In this document: piece by piece, positions 1-12,600 of the stretch
Layout: each line of letters starts with the position of its first letter
Numbering within the stretch: position 1 is the stretch's first letter
Assembly (NCBI GenBank): GCA_032718475.1
Contig: JAUCBJ010001977.1
Location: 62,001 to 126,000 of the forward strand
Direction of reading: 5' to 3'
Source: Nemertoderma westbladi
Taxonomy: Eukaryota > Animalia > Xenacoelomorpha
Length of the DNA stretch: 64,000 bases
Notes under the pieces: model-generated
Told to the model about the DNA's origin: nothing
Database searches by the model: none
Seen by the model: only the letters and a program-made list of their open reading frames with translations
Translations under genes and position numbers: made by a program

Positions 1-3000
1 TTTATTGTGCGGTAGAGCCAAACATCTTGTGAAGTATAATACCGATGTTGATTGTGCGGGAGAGCCAAACATCTTGTGAAATATAATACCGATGTTGTTG
101 TCAAAACAATTTATTGTGCGGGAGAGCCAAACATCTTGTGAAGTATAATACCGACGTTGTTGTCATAACAATTTATTGTGCGGGAGAGCCAAACATCTTG
201 TGAAGTATAATACCGATGTTGATTGTGCGGGAGAGCCAAACATCTTGTGAAGTATAATACCGACGTTGTTGTCAAAACAATTTATTGTGCGGGAGAGCCA
301 AACATCTTGTGAAGTATAATACCGACGTTGTTGTCATAACAATTTATTGTGTGGTAGAGCCAAACATCTTGTGAAGTATAATACCGACGTTGTTGTCATA
401 ACAATTTATTGTGCGGTAGAGCCAAACATCTTGTGAAGTATAATACCGACGTTGTTGTCATAACAATTTATTGTGCGGGAGAGCCAAACATCTTGTGAAG
501 TATAATACCGACGTTGTTGTCATAACAATTTATTGTGCGGTAGAGACAAACATCTTGTGAAGTATAATACCGACGTTGTTGTCATAACAATTTATTGTGC
601 GGTAGAGCCAAACATCTTGTGAAGTATAATACCGACGTTGTTGTCATAACAATTTATTGTGCGGTAGAGCCAAACATCTTGTGAAGTATAATACCGATGT
701 TGATTGTGCGGGAGAGCCAAACATCTTGTGAAGTATAATACCGACGTTGTTGTCAAAACAATTTATTGTGCGGGAGAGCCAAACATCTTGTGAAGTATAA
801 TACCGACGTTGTTGTCATAACAATTTATTGTGCGGGAGAGCCAAACATCTTGTGAAGTATAATACCGATGTTGATTGTGCGGGAGAGCCAAACATCTTGT
901 GAAGTATAATACCGACGTTGTTGTCAAAACAATTTATTGTGCGGGAGAGCCAAACATCTTGTGAAGTATAATACCGACGTTGTTGTCATAACAATTTATT
1001 GTGCGGTAGAGCCAAACATCTTGTGAAGTATAATACCGATGTTGATTGTGCGGGAGAGCCAAACATCTTGTGAAGTATAATACCGACGTTGTTGTCAAAA
1101 CAATTTATTGTGCGGGAGAGCCAAACATCTTGTGAAGTAAAATACCGACGTTGTTGTCATAACAATTTATTGTGCGGGAGAGCCAAACATCTTGTGAAGT
1201 ATAATACCGATGTTGATTGTGCGGGAGAGCCAAACATCTTGTGAAGTATAATACCGACGTTGTTGTCATAACAATTTATTGTGCGGGAGAGCCAAACATC
1301 TTGTGAAGTATAATACCGATGTTGATTGTGCGGGAGAGCCAAACATCTTGTGAAGTATAATACCGATGTTGATTGTGCGGGAGAGCCAAACATCTTGTGA
1401 AGTATAATACCGACGTTGTTGTCAAAACAATTTATTGTGCGGGAGAGCCAAACATCTTGTGAAGTATAATACCGACGTTGTTGTCATAACAATTTATTGT
1501 GCGGGAGAGCCAAACATCTTGTGAAGTATAATACCGACGTTGTTGTCATAACAATTTATTGTGCGGGAGAGCCAAACATCTTGTGAAGTATAATACCGAT
1601 GTTGATTGTGCGGGAGAGCCAAACATCTTGTGAAGTATAATACCGACGTTGTTGTCAAAACAATTTATTGTGCGGGAGAGCCAAACATCTTGTGAAGTAT
1701 AATACCGACGTTGTTGTCATAACAATTTATTGTGCGGGAGAGCCAAACATCTTGTGAAGTATAATACCGACGTTGTTGTCATAACAATTTATTGTGCGGG
1801 AGAGCCAAACATCTTGTGAAGTATAATACCGATGTTGATTGTGCGGGAGAGCCAAACATCTTGTGAAGTATAATACCGACGTTGTTGTCAAAACAATTTA
1901 TTGTGCGGGAGAGCCAAACATCTTGTGAAGTATAATACCGACGTTGTTGTCATAACAATTTATTGTGCGGGAGAGCCAAACATCTTGTGAAGTATAATAC
2001 CGACGTTGTTGTCATAACAATTTATTGTGCGGGAGAGCCAAACATCTTGTGAAGTATAATACCGACGTTGTTGTCATAACAATTTATTGTGCGGGAGAGC
2101 CAAACATCTTGTGAAGTATAATACCGACGTTGTTGTCATAACAATTTATTGTGCGGTAGAGACACACATCTTGAAGTATAATACCGACGTTGTTGTCATA
2201 ACCATTTATTGCGCGGGAGAGCCAAACATCTTGTGAAGTATAATACCGATGTTGTTGTCATAACAATTTATTATGCGGGAGAGCCAAACATCTTGAAGTA
2301 TAGGCCCTAATACCGACGTTGTTGTCAACAATTTATTGTGCGGGAGAGCCAAACATCTTGTGAAGTATAATACCGACGTTGTTGTCAACAATTTATTGTG
2401 CGGGAGAGCCAAACATCTTGTGAAGTATAATACCGATGTTGTTGTCATAACCATTTATTGTGCGGTAGAGCCAAACATCTTGTGAAGTATAATACCGACG
2501 TTGTTGTCAACAATTTATTGTGCGGGAGAGCCAAACATCTTGTGAAGTATAATACCGACGTTGTTGTCATAACAGTTTATTGTGCGGTAGAGCCAAACAT
2601 CTTGTGAAGTATAATACCGACGTTGTTGTCAACAATTTATTGTGCGGGAGAGCCAAACATCTTGTGAAGTATAATACCGACGTTGTTGTCATAACAATTT
2701 ATTGTGCGGGAGAGCCAAACATCTTGTGAAGTATAATACCGATGTTGTTGTCATAACAATTTATTGTGCGGGAGAGTCAAACATCTTGTGAAGTATAATA
2801 CCGACGTTGTTGTCATAACAATTTATTGTGCGGGAGAGCCAAACATCTTGTGAAGTATAATACCGATGTTGTTGTCATAACAATTTATTGTGCGGTAGAG
2901 CCAAACATCTTGTGAAGTATAATACCGACGTTGTTGTCAACAATTTATTGTGCGGGAGAGCCAAACATCTTGTGAAGTATAATACCGATGTTGTTGTCAT

Positions 3001-6000
3001 AACAATTTATTATGCGGGAGAGCCAAACATCTTGAAGTATAGGCCCTAATACCGACGTTGTTGTCAACAATTTATTGTGCGGGAGAGCCAAACATCTTGT
3101 GAAGTATAATACCGACGTTGTTGTCATAACAATTTATTGTGCGGGAGAGTCAAACATCTTGTGAAGTATAATACCGACGTTGTTGTCATAACAATTTATT
3201 GTGCGGTAGAGACAAACATCTTGTGAAGTATAATACCGACGTTGTTGTCATAACAATTTATTGTGCTGGAGAGCCAAACATCTTGTGAAGTATAATACCG
3301 ACGTTGTTATCATAACAATTTATTGTGCGGAAGAGCCAAACATCTTGTGAAGTATAATACCGACGTTGTTGTCATAAAAATTTATTGTGCGGTAGAGCCA
3401 AACATCTTGTGAAGTATAATACCGATGTTGATTGTGCGGGAGAGCCAAACATCTTGTGAAGTATAATACCGACGTTGTTGTCAAAACAATTTATTGTGCG
3501 GGAGAGCCAAACATCTTGTGAAGTATAATACCGACGTTGTTGTCATAACAATTTATTGTGCGGGAGAGCCAAACATCTTGTGAAGTATAATACCGATGTT
3601 GATTGTGCGGGAGAGCCAAACATCTTGTGAAATATAATTACCGATGTTGTTGTCAAAACAATTTATTGTGCGGGAGAGCCAAACATCTTGTGAAGTATAA
3701 TACCGACGTTGTTGTCATAACAATTTATTGTGCGGGAGAGCCAAACATCTTGTGAAGTATAATACCGATGTTGATTGTGCGGGAGAGCCAAACATCTTGT
3801 GAAGTATAATACCGACGTTGTTGTCAAAACAATTTATTGTGCGGGAGAGCCAAACATCTTGTGAAGTATAATACCGACGTTGTTGTCATAACAATTTATT
3901 GTGCGGGAGAGCCAAACATCTTGTGAAGTATAATACCGACGTTGTTGTCATAACAATTTATTATGCGGGAGAGCCAAACATCTTGTGAAGTATAATACCG
4001 ACGTTGTTGTCATAACAATTTATTGTGCGGGAGAGCCAAACATCTTGTGAAGTATAATACCGATGTTGATTGTGCGGGAGAGCCAAACATCTTGTGAAGT
4101 ATAATACCGACGTTGTTGTCAAAACAATTTATTGTGCGGGAGAGCCAAACATCTTGTGAAGTATAATACCGACGTTGTTGTCATAACAATTTATTGTGCG
4201 GGAGAGCCAAACATCTTGTGAAGTATAATACCGACGTTGTTGTCATAACAATTTATTGTGCGGTAGAGCCAAACATCTTGTGAAGTATAATACCGACGTT
4301 GCTGTCATAACAATTTATTGTGCGGTAGAGCCAAACATCTTGTGAAGTATAATACCGACGTTGTTGTCATAACAATTTATTGTGCGGGAGAGCCAAACAT
4401 CTTGTGAAGTATAATACCGATGTTGATTGTGCGGGAGAGCCAAACATCTTGTGAAGTATAATACCGACGTTGTTGTCAAAACAATTTATTGTGCGGGAGA
4501 GCCAAACATCTTGTGAAGTATAATACCGACGTTGTTGTCATAACAATTTATTGTGCGGGAGAGCCAAACATCTTGTGAAGTATAATACAGATGTTGATTG
4601 TGCGGGAGAGCCAAACATCTTGTGAAGTATAATACCGACGTTGTTGTCATAACAATTTATTGTGCGGGAGAGCCAAACATCTTGTGAAGTATAATACCGA
4701 TGTTGATTGTGCGGGAGAGCCAAACATCTTGTGAAGTATAATACCGATGTTGATTGTGCGGGAGAGCCAAACATCTTGTGAAGTATAATACCGACGTTGT
4801 TGTCAAAACAATTTATTGTGCGGGAGAGCCAAACATCTTGTGAAGTATAATACCGACGTTGTTGTCATAACAATTTATTGTGCGGGAGAGCCAAACATCT
4901 TGTGAAGTATAATACCGACGTTGTTGTCATAACAATTTATTGTGCGGGAGAGCCAAACATCTTGTGAAGTATAATACCGATGTTGATTGTGCGGGAGAGC
5001 CAAACATCTTGTGAAGTATAATACCGACGTTGTTGTCAAAACAATTTATTGTGCGGGAGAGCCAAACATCTTGTGAAGTATAATACCGACGTTGTTGTCA
5101 TAACAATTTATTGTGCGGGAGAGCCAAACATCTTGTGAAGTATAATACCGATGTTGATTGTGCGGGAGAGCCAAACATCTTGTGAAATATAATACCGACG
5201 TTGTTGTCAAAACAATTTATTGTGCGGGAGAGCCAAACATCTTGTGAAGTATAATACCGACGTTGTTGTCATAACAATTTATTGTGCGGGAGAGCCAAAC
5301 ATCTTGTGAAGTATAATACCGACGTTGTTGTCATAACAATTTATTGTGCGGGAGAGCCAAACATCTTGTGAAGTATAATACCGACGTTGTTGTCATAACA
5401 ATTTATTGTGCGGGAGAGCCAAACATCTTGTGAAGTATAATACCGACGTTGTTGTCATAACAATTTATTGTGCGGTAGAGACAAACATCTTGAAGTATAA
5501 TACCGACGTTGTTGTCATAACCATTTATTGCGCGGGAGAGCCAAACATCTTGTGAAGTATAATACCGACGTTGTTGTCATAACAATTTATTGTGCGGGAG
5601 AGCCAAACATCTTGTGAAGTATAATACCGACGTTGTTGTCATAACAATTTATTATGCGGGAGAGCCAAACATCTTGAAGTATAGGCCCTAATACCGACGT
5701 TGTTGTCAACAATTTATTGTGCGGGAGAGCCAAACATCTTGTGAAGTATAATACCGACGTTGTTGTCAACAATTTATTGTGCGGGAGAGCCAAACATCTT
5801 GTGAAGTATAATACCGATGTTGTTGTCATAACAATTTATTATGCGGGAGAGCCAAACATCTTGAAGTATAGGCCCTAATACCGACGTTGTTGTCAACAAT
5901 TTATTGTGCGGGAGAGCCAAACATCTTGTGAAGTATAATACCGATGTTGTTGTCATAACAATTTATTATGCGGGAGAGCCAAACATCTTGAAGTATAGGC

Positions 6001-6790
6001 CCTAATACCGACGTTGTTGTCAACAATTTATTGTGCGGGAGAGCCAAACATCTTGTGAAGTATAATACCGATGTTGTTGTCATAACCATTTATTGTGCGG
6101 TAGAGCCAAACATCTTGTGAAGTATAATACCGACGTTGTTGTCAACAATTTATTGTGCGGGAGAGCCAAACATCTTGTGAAGTATAATACCGACGTTGTT
6201 GTCATAACAGTTTATTGTGCGGTAGAGCCAAACATCTTGTGAAGTATAATACCGACGTTGTTGTCAACAATTTATTGTGCGGGAGAGCCAAACATCTTGT
6301 GAAGTATAATACCGACGTTGTTGTCATAACAATTTATTGTGCGGGAGAGCCAAACATCTTGTGAAGTATAATACCGATGTTGTTGTCATAACAATTTATT
6401 GTGCGGGAGAGCCAAACATCTTGTGAAGTATAATACCGATGTTGTTGTCATAACAATTTATTATGCGGGAGAGCCAAACATCTTGTGAAGTATAATACCG
6501 ACGTTGTTGTCATAACAATTTATTGTGCGGGAGAGCCAAACATCTTGTGAAGTATAATACCGACGTTGTTGTCATAACAATTTATTGTGCGGTAGAGACA
6601 AACATCTTGTGAAGTATAATACCGATGTTGATTGTGCGGGAGAGCGGAGAGCCAAACATCTTGTGAAGTATAATACCGACGTTGTTGTCAAAACAATTTA
6701 TTGTGCGGGAGAGCCAAACATCTTGTGAAGTATAATACCGACGTTGTTGTCATAACAATTTATTGTGCGGTAGAGCCAAACATTTTGTGA
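1..6790. repeat. Minisatellite array, 62-bp unit with 47-bp and 59-bp variants; higher-order duplication of ~3.38 kb
   Basis: Unit tttattgtgcgggagagccaaacatcttgtgaagtataataccgacgttgttgtcataacaa repeated head-to-tail with no spacers. Variant order recurs at offset ~3381 (identical ORFs at 1157 and 4538; related ones at 2206 and 5587). Array runs off the left edge. Confidence 0.97.
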
Positions 6791-7002
6791 CTTGACATTG
6801 TTCACAACGTGGTGTTTTATTGTACAAAATAGACCTCAATCAATATGCTTCTTTGAGACTGATAAAAAATGTGACTGAAGGATTTTTCAAGTTAAATTTA
6901 AATCAGTAACATGTTCAGATCACAAATATTACGATAATATAAAACATAACATCTTACATTGGCTGTATATAGTGAGTATCATATACCTAAAGTTAAGTGT
7001 TA

Positions 7003-7342
7003 CCGATGGGACATCCGTTACGGACGGGACATTGGCATTTACTTGTGAACCCGGGAATAACGGATAATATATGTAAACTTTTTTTATTATTTATTAATTA
7101 GTTGGGTTGATGTCTTACAGAAAAAATATAAATATCCACTTGATAGTGTCCAGGGCTTACAAGAACCGCCCGTTGCGGATGGGACAGGTTGCTTGTAATT
7201 TCAAACACATGGTAGAAATTTGAGTTTTTTTTCAATAATACTAGGAAGATTGTGCTTAATTGCTACAATACTGTACATCTATGATGGTTAGTATGAGAAA
7301 TAAACGAACATGAAGTATGCAAATGTCCCGTCCGCAACGCGG
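7003..7342. mobile_element. Putative Tc1/mariner/pogo-type MITE (TA-flanked, imperfect TIRs)
   Basis: ta|ccg...cgttacggacgggacattggcat at left and atgcaaatgtcccgtccgcaacgcgg|ta at right are inverted copies; internal third copy of the motif near 7170; no ORF. Confidence 0.55.
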
Positions 7343-7439
7343 TACAGATTTAATGAGAATCACCCATATATGCCATGCCAAGTTATCAAAATAACGTGAT
7401 AATAAAACAATAAAAACATATATTTTTAAATAATATTTA

Positions 7440-7700
7440 TCAATAATACATACAATATTGCAATGTTCTAGAGTTAATATACGGAAATATTAACCTGAAG
7501 CGAATAAAACTGAATAATCACTGATGCCGTTCCAGAAGCAAATTAACCTGTATAATTACCGAGGCCGCAGGCCGAGGTTATTATATTAGGTTAATTTGCT
7601 GAAGGATAAGGCAGAAGTGATTATTACAGTTTTATTCGCTGAAGGTTTTTATTTCCGTATATTAACTTTAGAACATTGCAATATTGTGTTTATTGTTAAT
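7440..7700. mobile_element. Fold-back (palindromic) non-autonomous element centred on ccgaggccgcaggccgagg
   Basis: caatattgcaatgttctagagttaatatacggaaat at left pairs with atttccgtatattaactttagaacattgcaatattg at right; arms ~120 bp. Confidence 0.65.
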
Positions 7701-7766
7701 TTGAGCATATTGAACGAACAACATGACAGCATACTTTGTATTTTTAAGGATCGTGTTCTAATACAA

Positions 7767-7935
7767 ACTATCTTTATTGAACTGTTATTTGTTATTTTGT
7801 ACGAGTAACTATTATTTCGTCCAAGGACTGTTATAACGTCCGAGGCGAAGCCGAGGACTTATAACACGTCCTGGAGGATATGTCCGAGGATATGAACTGT
7901 TATTTGTAACAAATAACAGTTCAATAAAGATAGTT
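7767..7935. mobile_element. Second fold-back element centred on ccgaggcgaagccgagg
   Basis: aactatctttattgaactgttattt pairs with aaataacagttcaataaagatagtt; central motif at ~7840-7856 resembles that of the neighbouring palindrome. Confidence 0.6.
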
Positions 7936-8211
7936 ATGTCCATAAATAATAAAAAAAATTATATAAAAATGGTGCTACAACAAATTATTTGTGAGACCAT
8001 TTAAAAGATACATATAAATGTTTAAAAAACATTCTAGAACAAGACAAACTTGTTCTGGAACTATGGCATTATAATATGTGTATAACTATCCGATTAAATA
8101 AGTAAAAACAAAGTCGACTCACTAAATCTAAAGGGCTGCTGCAGCTTGCCAGGTCGTATTATAATATTGATCATGATGTTACCTATACTAATTACAAAGG
8201 GTTTTGTTTAC

Positions 8212-8274
8212 CTGTCAATAAAAATAGTAATGTTTCTGGTTGAATTCGCCTCTCTTTGGGTCCCTAACTCGACA
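8212..8274 (-). CDS. CACNA2D: Voltage-gated Ca channel alpha2delta subunit, last exon visible (S-VELGTQREANSTRNITIFID)
   Basis: Acceptor ttttttgttcctacag, donor gtaaac, 63 nt. Phase-2 start matches the phase-2 end of exon 17186-16988 and the frame is open. Sequence similarity alone is weak. Confidence 0.65.
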
Positions 8275-8375
8275 CTGTAGGAACAAAAAAATACAAATTA
8301 GAGTTATGTAATAATGTATCGTTGTACATAAAATATTTCCCATTGGATAATCCTAAACCACATGATTCATGTAGG

Positions 8376-9650
8376 GAATCTACCAAGTACAATGACCAGA
8401 CCAATCTACCAAATACAATGACCAGACCAATCTACCAAGTACAATGACCAGACCAATCTACCAAATACAATGACCAGACCAATCTACCAAATACAATGAC
8501 CAGACCAATCTACCAAATACAATGACCAGACCAATCTACAAAATACAATGACCAGACCAATCTACCAAATACAATGACCAGACCAATCTACCAAATACAA
8601 TGACCAGACCAATCTACCAAGTACAATGACCAGACCAATCTACAAAATACAATGACCAGACCAATCTACAAAATACAATGACCAGACCAATGTATCAAAT
8701 ACAATGACCAGACCAATCTACCAAATACAATGACCAGACCAATCTACCAAGTACAATGACCAGACCAATCTACAAAATACAATGACCAGACCAATCTACC
8801 AAATACAATGACCAGACCAATCTACCAAATACAATGACCAGACCAATCTACAAAATACAATGACCAGACCAATCTACCAAATACAATGACCAGACCAATC
8901 TACCAAATACAATGACCAGACCAATCTACAAAATACAATGACCAGAACAATTTACAAAATACAATGACCAGACCAATCTACCAAATACAATGACCAGACC
9001 AATCTACAAAATACAATGACCAGACCAATCTACCAAATACAATGACCAGACCAATCTACCAAATACAATGACCAGACCAATCTACCAAGTACAATGACCA
9101 GACCAATCTACAAAATACAATGACCAGACCAATCTACCAAATACAATGACCAGACCAATCTACCAAATACAATGACCAGACCAATCTACCAAATACAATG
9201 ACCAGACCAATCTACAAAATACAATGACCAGACCAATCTACCAAATACAATGACCAGACCAATCTACCAAATACAATGACCAGACCAATCTACAAAATAC
9301 AATGACCAGAACAATTTACAAAATACAATGACCAGACCAATCTACCAAATACAATGACCAGACCAATCTACAAAATACAATGACCAGACCAATCTACCAA
9401 ATACAATGACCAGACCAATCTACCAAATACAATGACCAGACCAATCTACCAAATACAATGACCAGACCAATCTACAAAATACAATGACCAGACCAATCTA
9501 CCAAGTACAATGACCAGACCAATCTACCAAATACAATGACCAGACCAATCTACCAAATACAATGAATGACCAGACCAATCTACAAAATACAATGACCAGA
9601 CCAATCTACCAAATACAATGACCAGAACAATCTACCAAATACAATGACCA
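8376..9650. repeat. Minisatellite, 26-bp unit aatctaccaaatacaatgaccagacc
   Basis: Direct tandem repeat, ~49 copies. Confidence 0.97.
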
Positions 9651-12600
9651 ATCTACCAAGTACATCATCTAGAAATAGAATCTACCAAGTACATTCACCT
9701 AGAAATAGAATCTACCAAGTACATTCACCTAGAAATAGAATCTACCAAGTACATTCATCTAGAAATAGAATCTACCAAGTACATTCATCTAGAAATAGAA
9801 TCTACCAAGTACATTCACCTAGAAATAGAATCTACCAAGTACATTCATCTAGAAATAGAATCTACCAAGTACATTCAACTAGAAATAGAATCTACCAAGT
9901 ACATTCACCTAGAAATAGAGTACATTCACCTAGAAATAGAATCTACCAAGTACATTCACCTAGAAATAGAATCTACCAAGTACATCATCTAGAAATAGAA
10001 TCTACCAAGTACATTCACCTAGAAATAGAATCTACCAAGTACATTCACCTAGAAATAGAATCTACCAAGTACATTCATCTAGAAATAGAATCTACCAAGT
10101 ACATTCATCTAGAAATAGAATCTACCAAGTACATTCACCTAGAAATAGAATCTACCAAGTACATTCATCTAGAAATAGAATCTACCAAGTACATTCATCT
10201 AGAAATAGAATCTACCAAGTACATTCACCTAGAAATAGAGTACATTCACCTAGAAATAGAATCTACCAAGTACATTCACCTATAAATAGAATCTACCAAG
10301 TACATTCATCTAGAAATAGAATCTACCAAGTACATTCACCTAGAAATAGAATCTACCAAGTACATTCACCTAGAAATAGAATCTACCAAGTACATTCATC
10401 TAGAAATAGAATCTACCAAGTACATTCATCTAGAAATAGAATCTACCAAGTACATTCACCTAGAAATAGAATCTACCAAGTACATTCACCTAGAAATAGA
10501 ATCTACCAAGTACATTCACCTAGAAATAGAATCTACCAAGTACATTCATCTAGAAATAGAATCTACAAAGTACATTCATCTAGAAATAGAATCTACCAAG
10601 TACATTCATCTAGAAATAGAATCTAACAAGTACATTCACCTAGAAATAGAATCTACCAAGTACATTCATCTAGAAATAGAATCTACCAAGTACATTCACC
10701 TAGAAATAGAATCTAACAAGTACATTCACCTATAAATAGAATCTACCAAGTACATTCACCTAGAAATAGAATCTAACAAGTACATTCACCTAGAAATAGA
10801 ATCTACCAAGTACATTCATCTAGAAATAGAATCTACCAAGTACATTCATCTAGAAATAGAATCTACCAAGTACATTCATCTAGAAATAGAATCTACCAAG
10901 TACATTCACCTAGAAATAGAATCTACCAAGTACATCATCTAGAAATAGAATCTACCAAGTACATTCATCTAGAAATAGAATCTACCAAGTACATTCACCT
11001 AGAAATAGAATCTACCAAGTACATTCACCTAGAAATAGAATCTAACAAGTACATTCACCTAGAAATAGAATCTACCAAGTACATTCATCTAGAAATAGAA
11101 TCTACCAAGTACATTCATCTAGAAATAGAATCTACCAAGTACATTCATCTAGAAATAGAATCTACCAAGTACATTCACCTAGAAATAGAATCTACCAAGT
11201 ACATTCACCTAGAAATAGAATCTACCAAGTACATTCACATAGAAATAGAATCTACCAAGTACATTCATCTAGAAATAGAATCTACCAAGTACATTCATCT
11301 AGAAATAGAATCTACCAAGTACATTCATCTAGAAATAGAATCTACCAAGTACATTCATCTAGAAATAGAATCTACGAAGTACATTCATCTAGAAATAGAA
11401 TCTACCAAGTACATTCATCTAGAAATAGAATCTACCAAGTACATTCATCTAGAAATAGAATCTACCAAGTACATTCACCTAGAAATAGAATCTACCAAGT
11501 ACATTCATCTAGAAATAGAATCTACCAAGTACATTCACCTAGAAATAGAATCTACCAAGTACATTCACCTATAAATAGAATCTACCAAGTACATTCACCT
11601 AGAAATAGAATCTACCAAGTACATTCACCTAGAAATAGAATCTACCAAGTACATTCATCTAGAAATAGAATCTACCAAGTACATTCATCTAGAAATAGAA
11701 TCTACCAAGTACATTCATCTAGAAATAGAATCTACCAAGTACATTCATCTAGAAATAGAATCTACCAAGTACATTCATCTAGAAATAGAATCTACCAAGT
11801 ACATTCACCTAGAAATAGAATCTACCAAGTACATTCACCTAGAAATAGAATCTACCAAGTACATTCATCTAGAAATAGAATCTACCAAGTACATTCATCT
11901 AGAAATAGAATCTACCAAGTACATTCACCTAGAAATAGAATCTACCAAGTACATTCATCTAGAAATAGAATCTACCAAGTACATTCATCTAGAAATAGAA
12001 TCTACCAAGTACATTCACCTAGAAATAGAATCTACCAAGTACATTCACCTAGAAATAGAATCTACCAAGTACATTCACCTAGAAATATAATCTACCAAGT
12101 ACATTCATCTAGAAATAGAATCTACCAAGTACATTCATTTAGAAATAGAATCTACCAAGTACATTCCCCTAGAAATAGAATCTACCAAGTACATTCATCT
12201 AGAAATAGAATCTACCAAGTACATTCACCTAGAAATAGAATCTACCAAGTACATTCATCTAGAAATAGAATCTACCAAGTACATTCACCTAGAAATAGAA
12301 TCTACCAAGTACATTCACCTAGAAATAGAATCTACCAAGTACATTCATCTAGAAATAGAATCTACCAAGTACATTCATCTAGAAATAGAATCTACCAAGT
12401 ACATTCACCTAGAAATAGAATCTACCAAGTACATTCACCTAGAAATAGAATCTACCAAGTACATTCACCTAGAAATAGAATCTACCAAGTACATTCATCT
12501 AGAAATAGAATCTACAAAGTACATCCATCTAGAAATAGAATCTACCAAGTACATTCATCTAGAAATAGAATCTACCAAGTACATTCACCTAGAAATAGAA

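Noticed and set aside
1-6790. CRISPR-like regular repeats (also considered for the other arrays)
   Set aside because: Units are contiguous with no unique spacers, there are no cas genes, and the context is a spliced eukaryotic gene.
9644-10285. 213-aa repetitive ORF
   Set aside because: 30-bp minisatellite translation.
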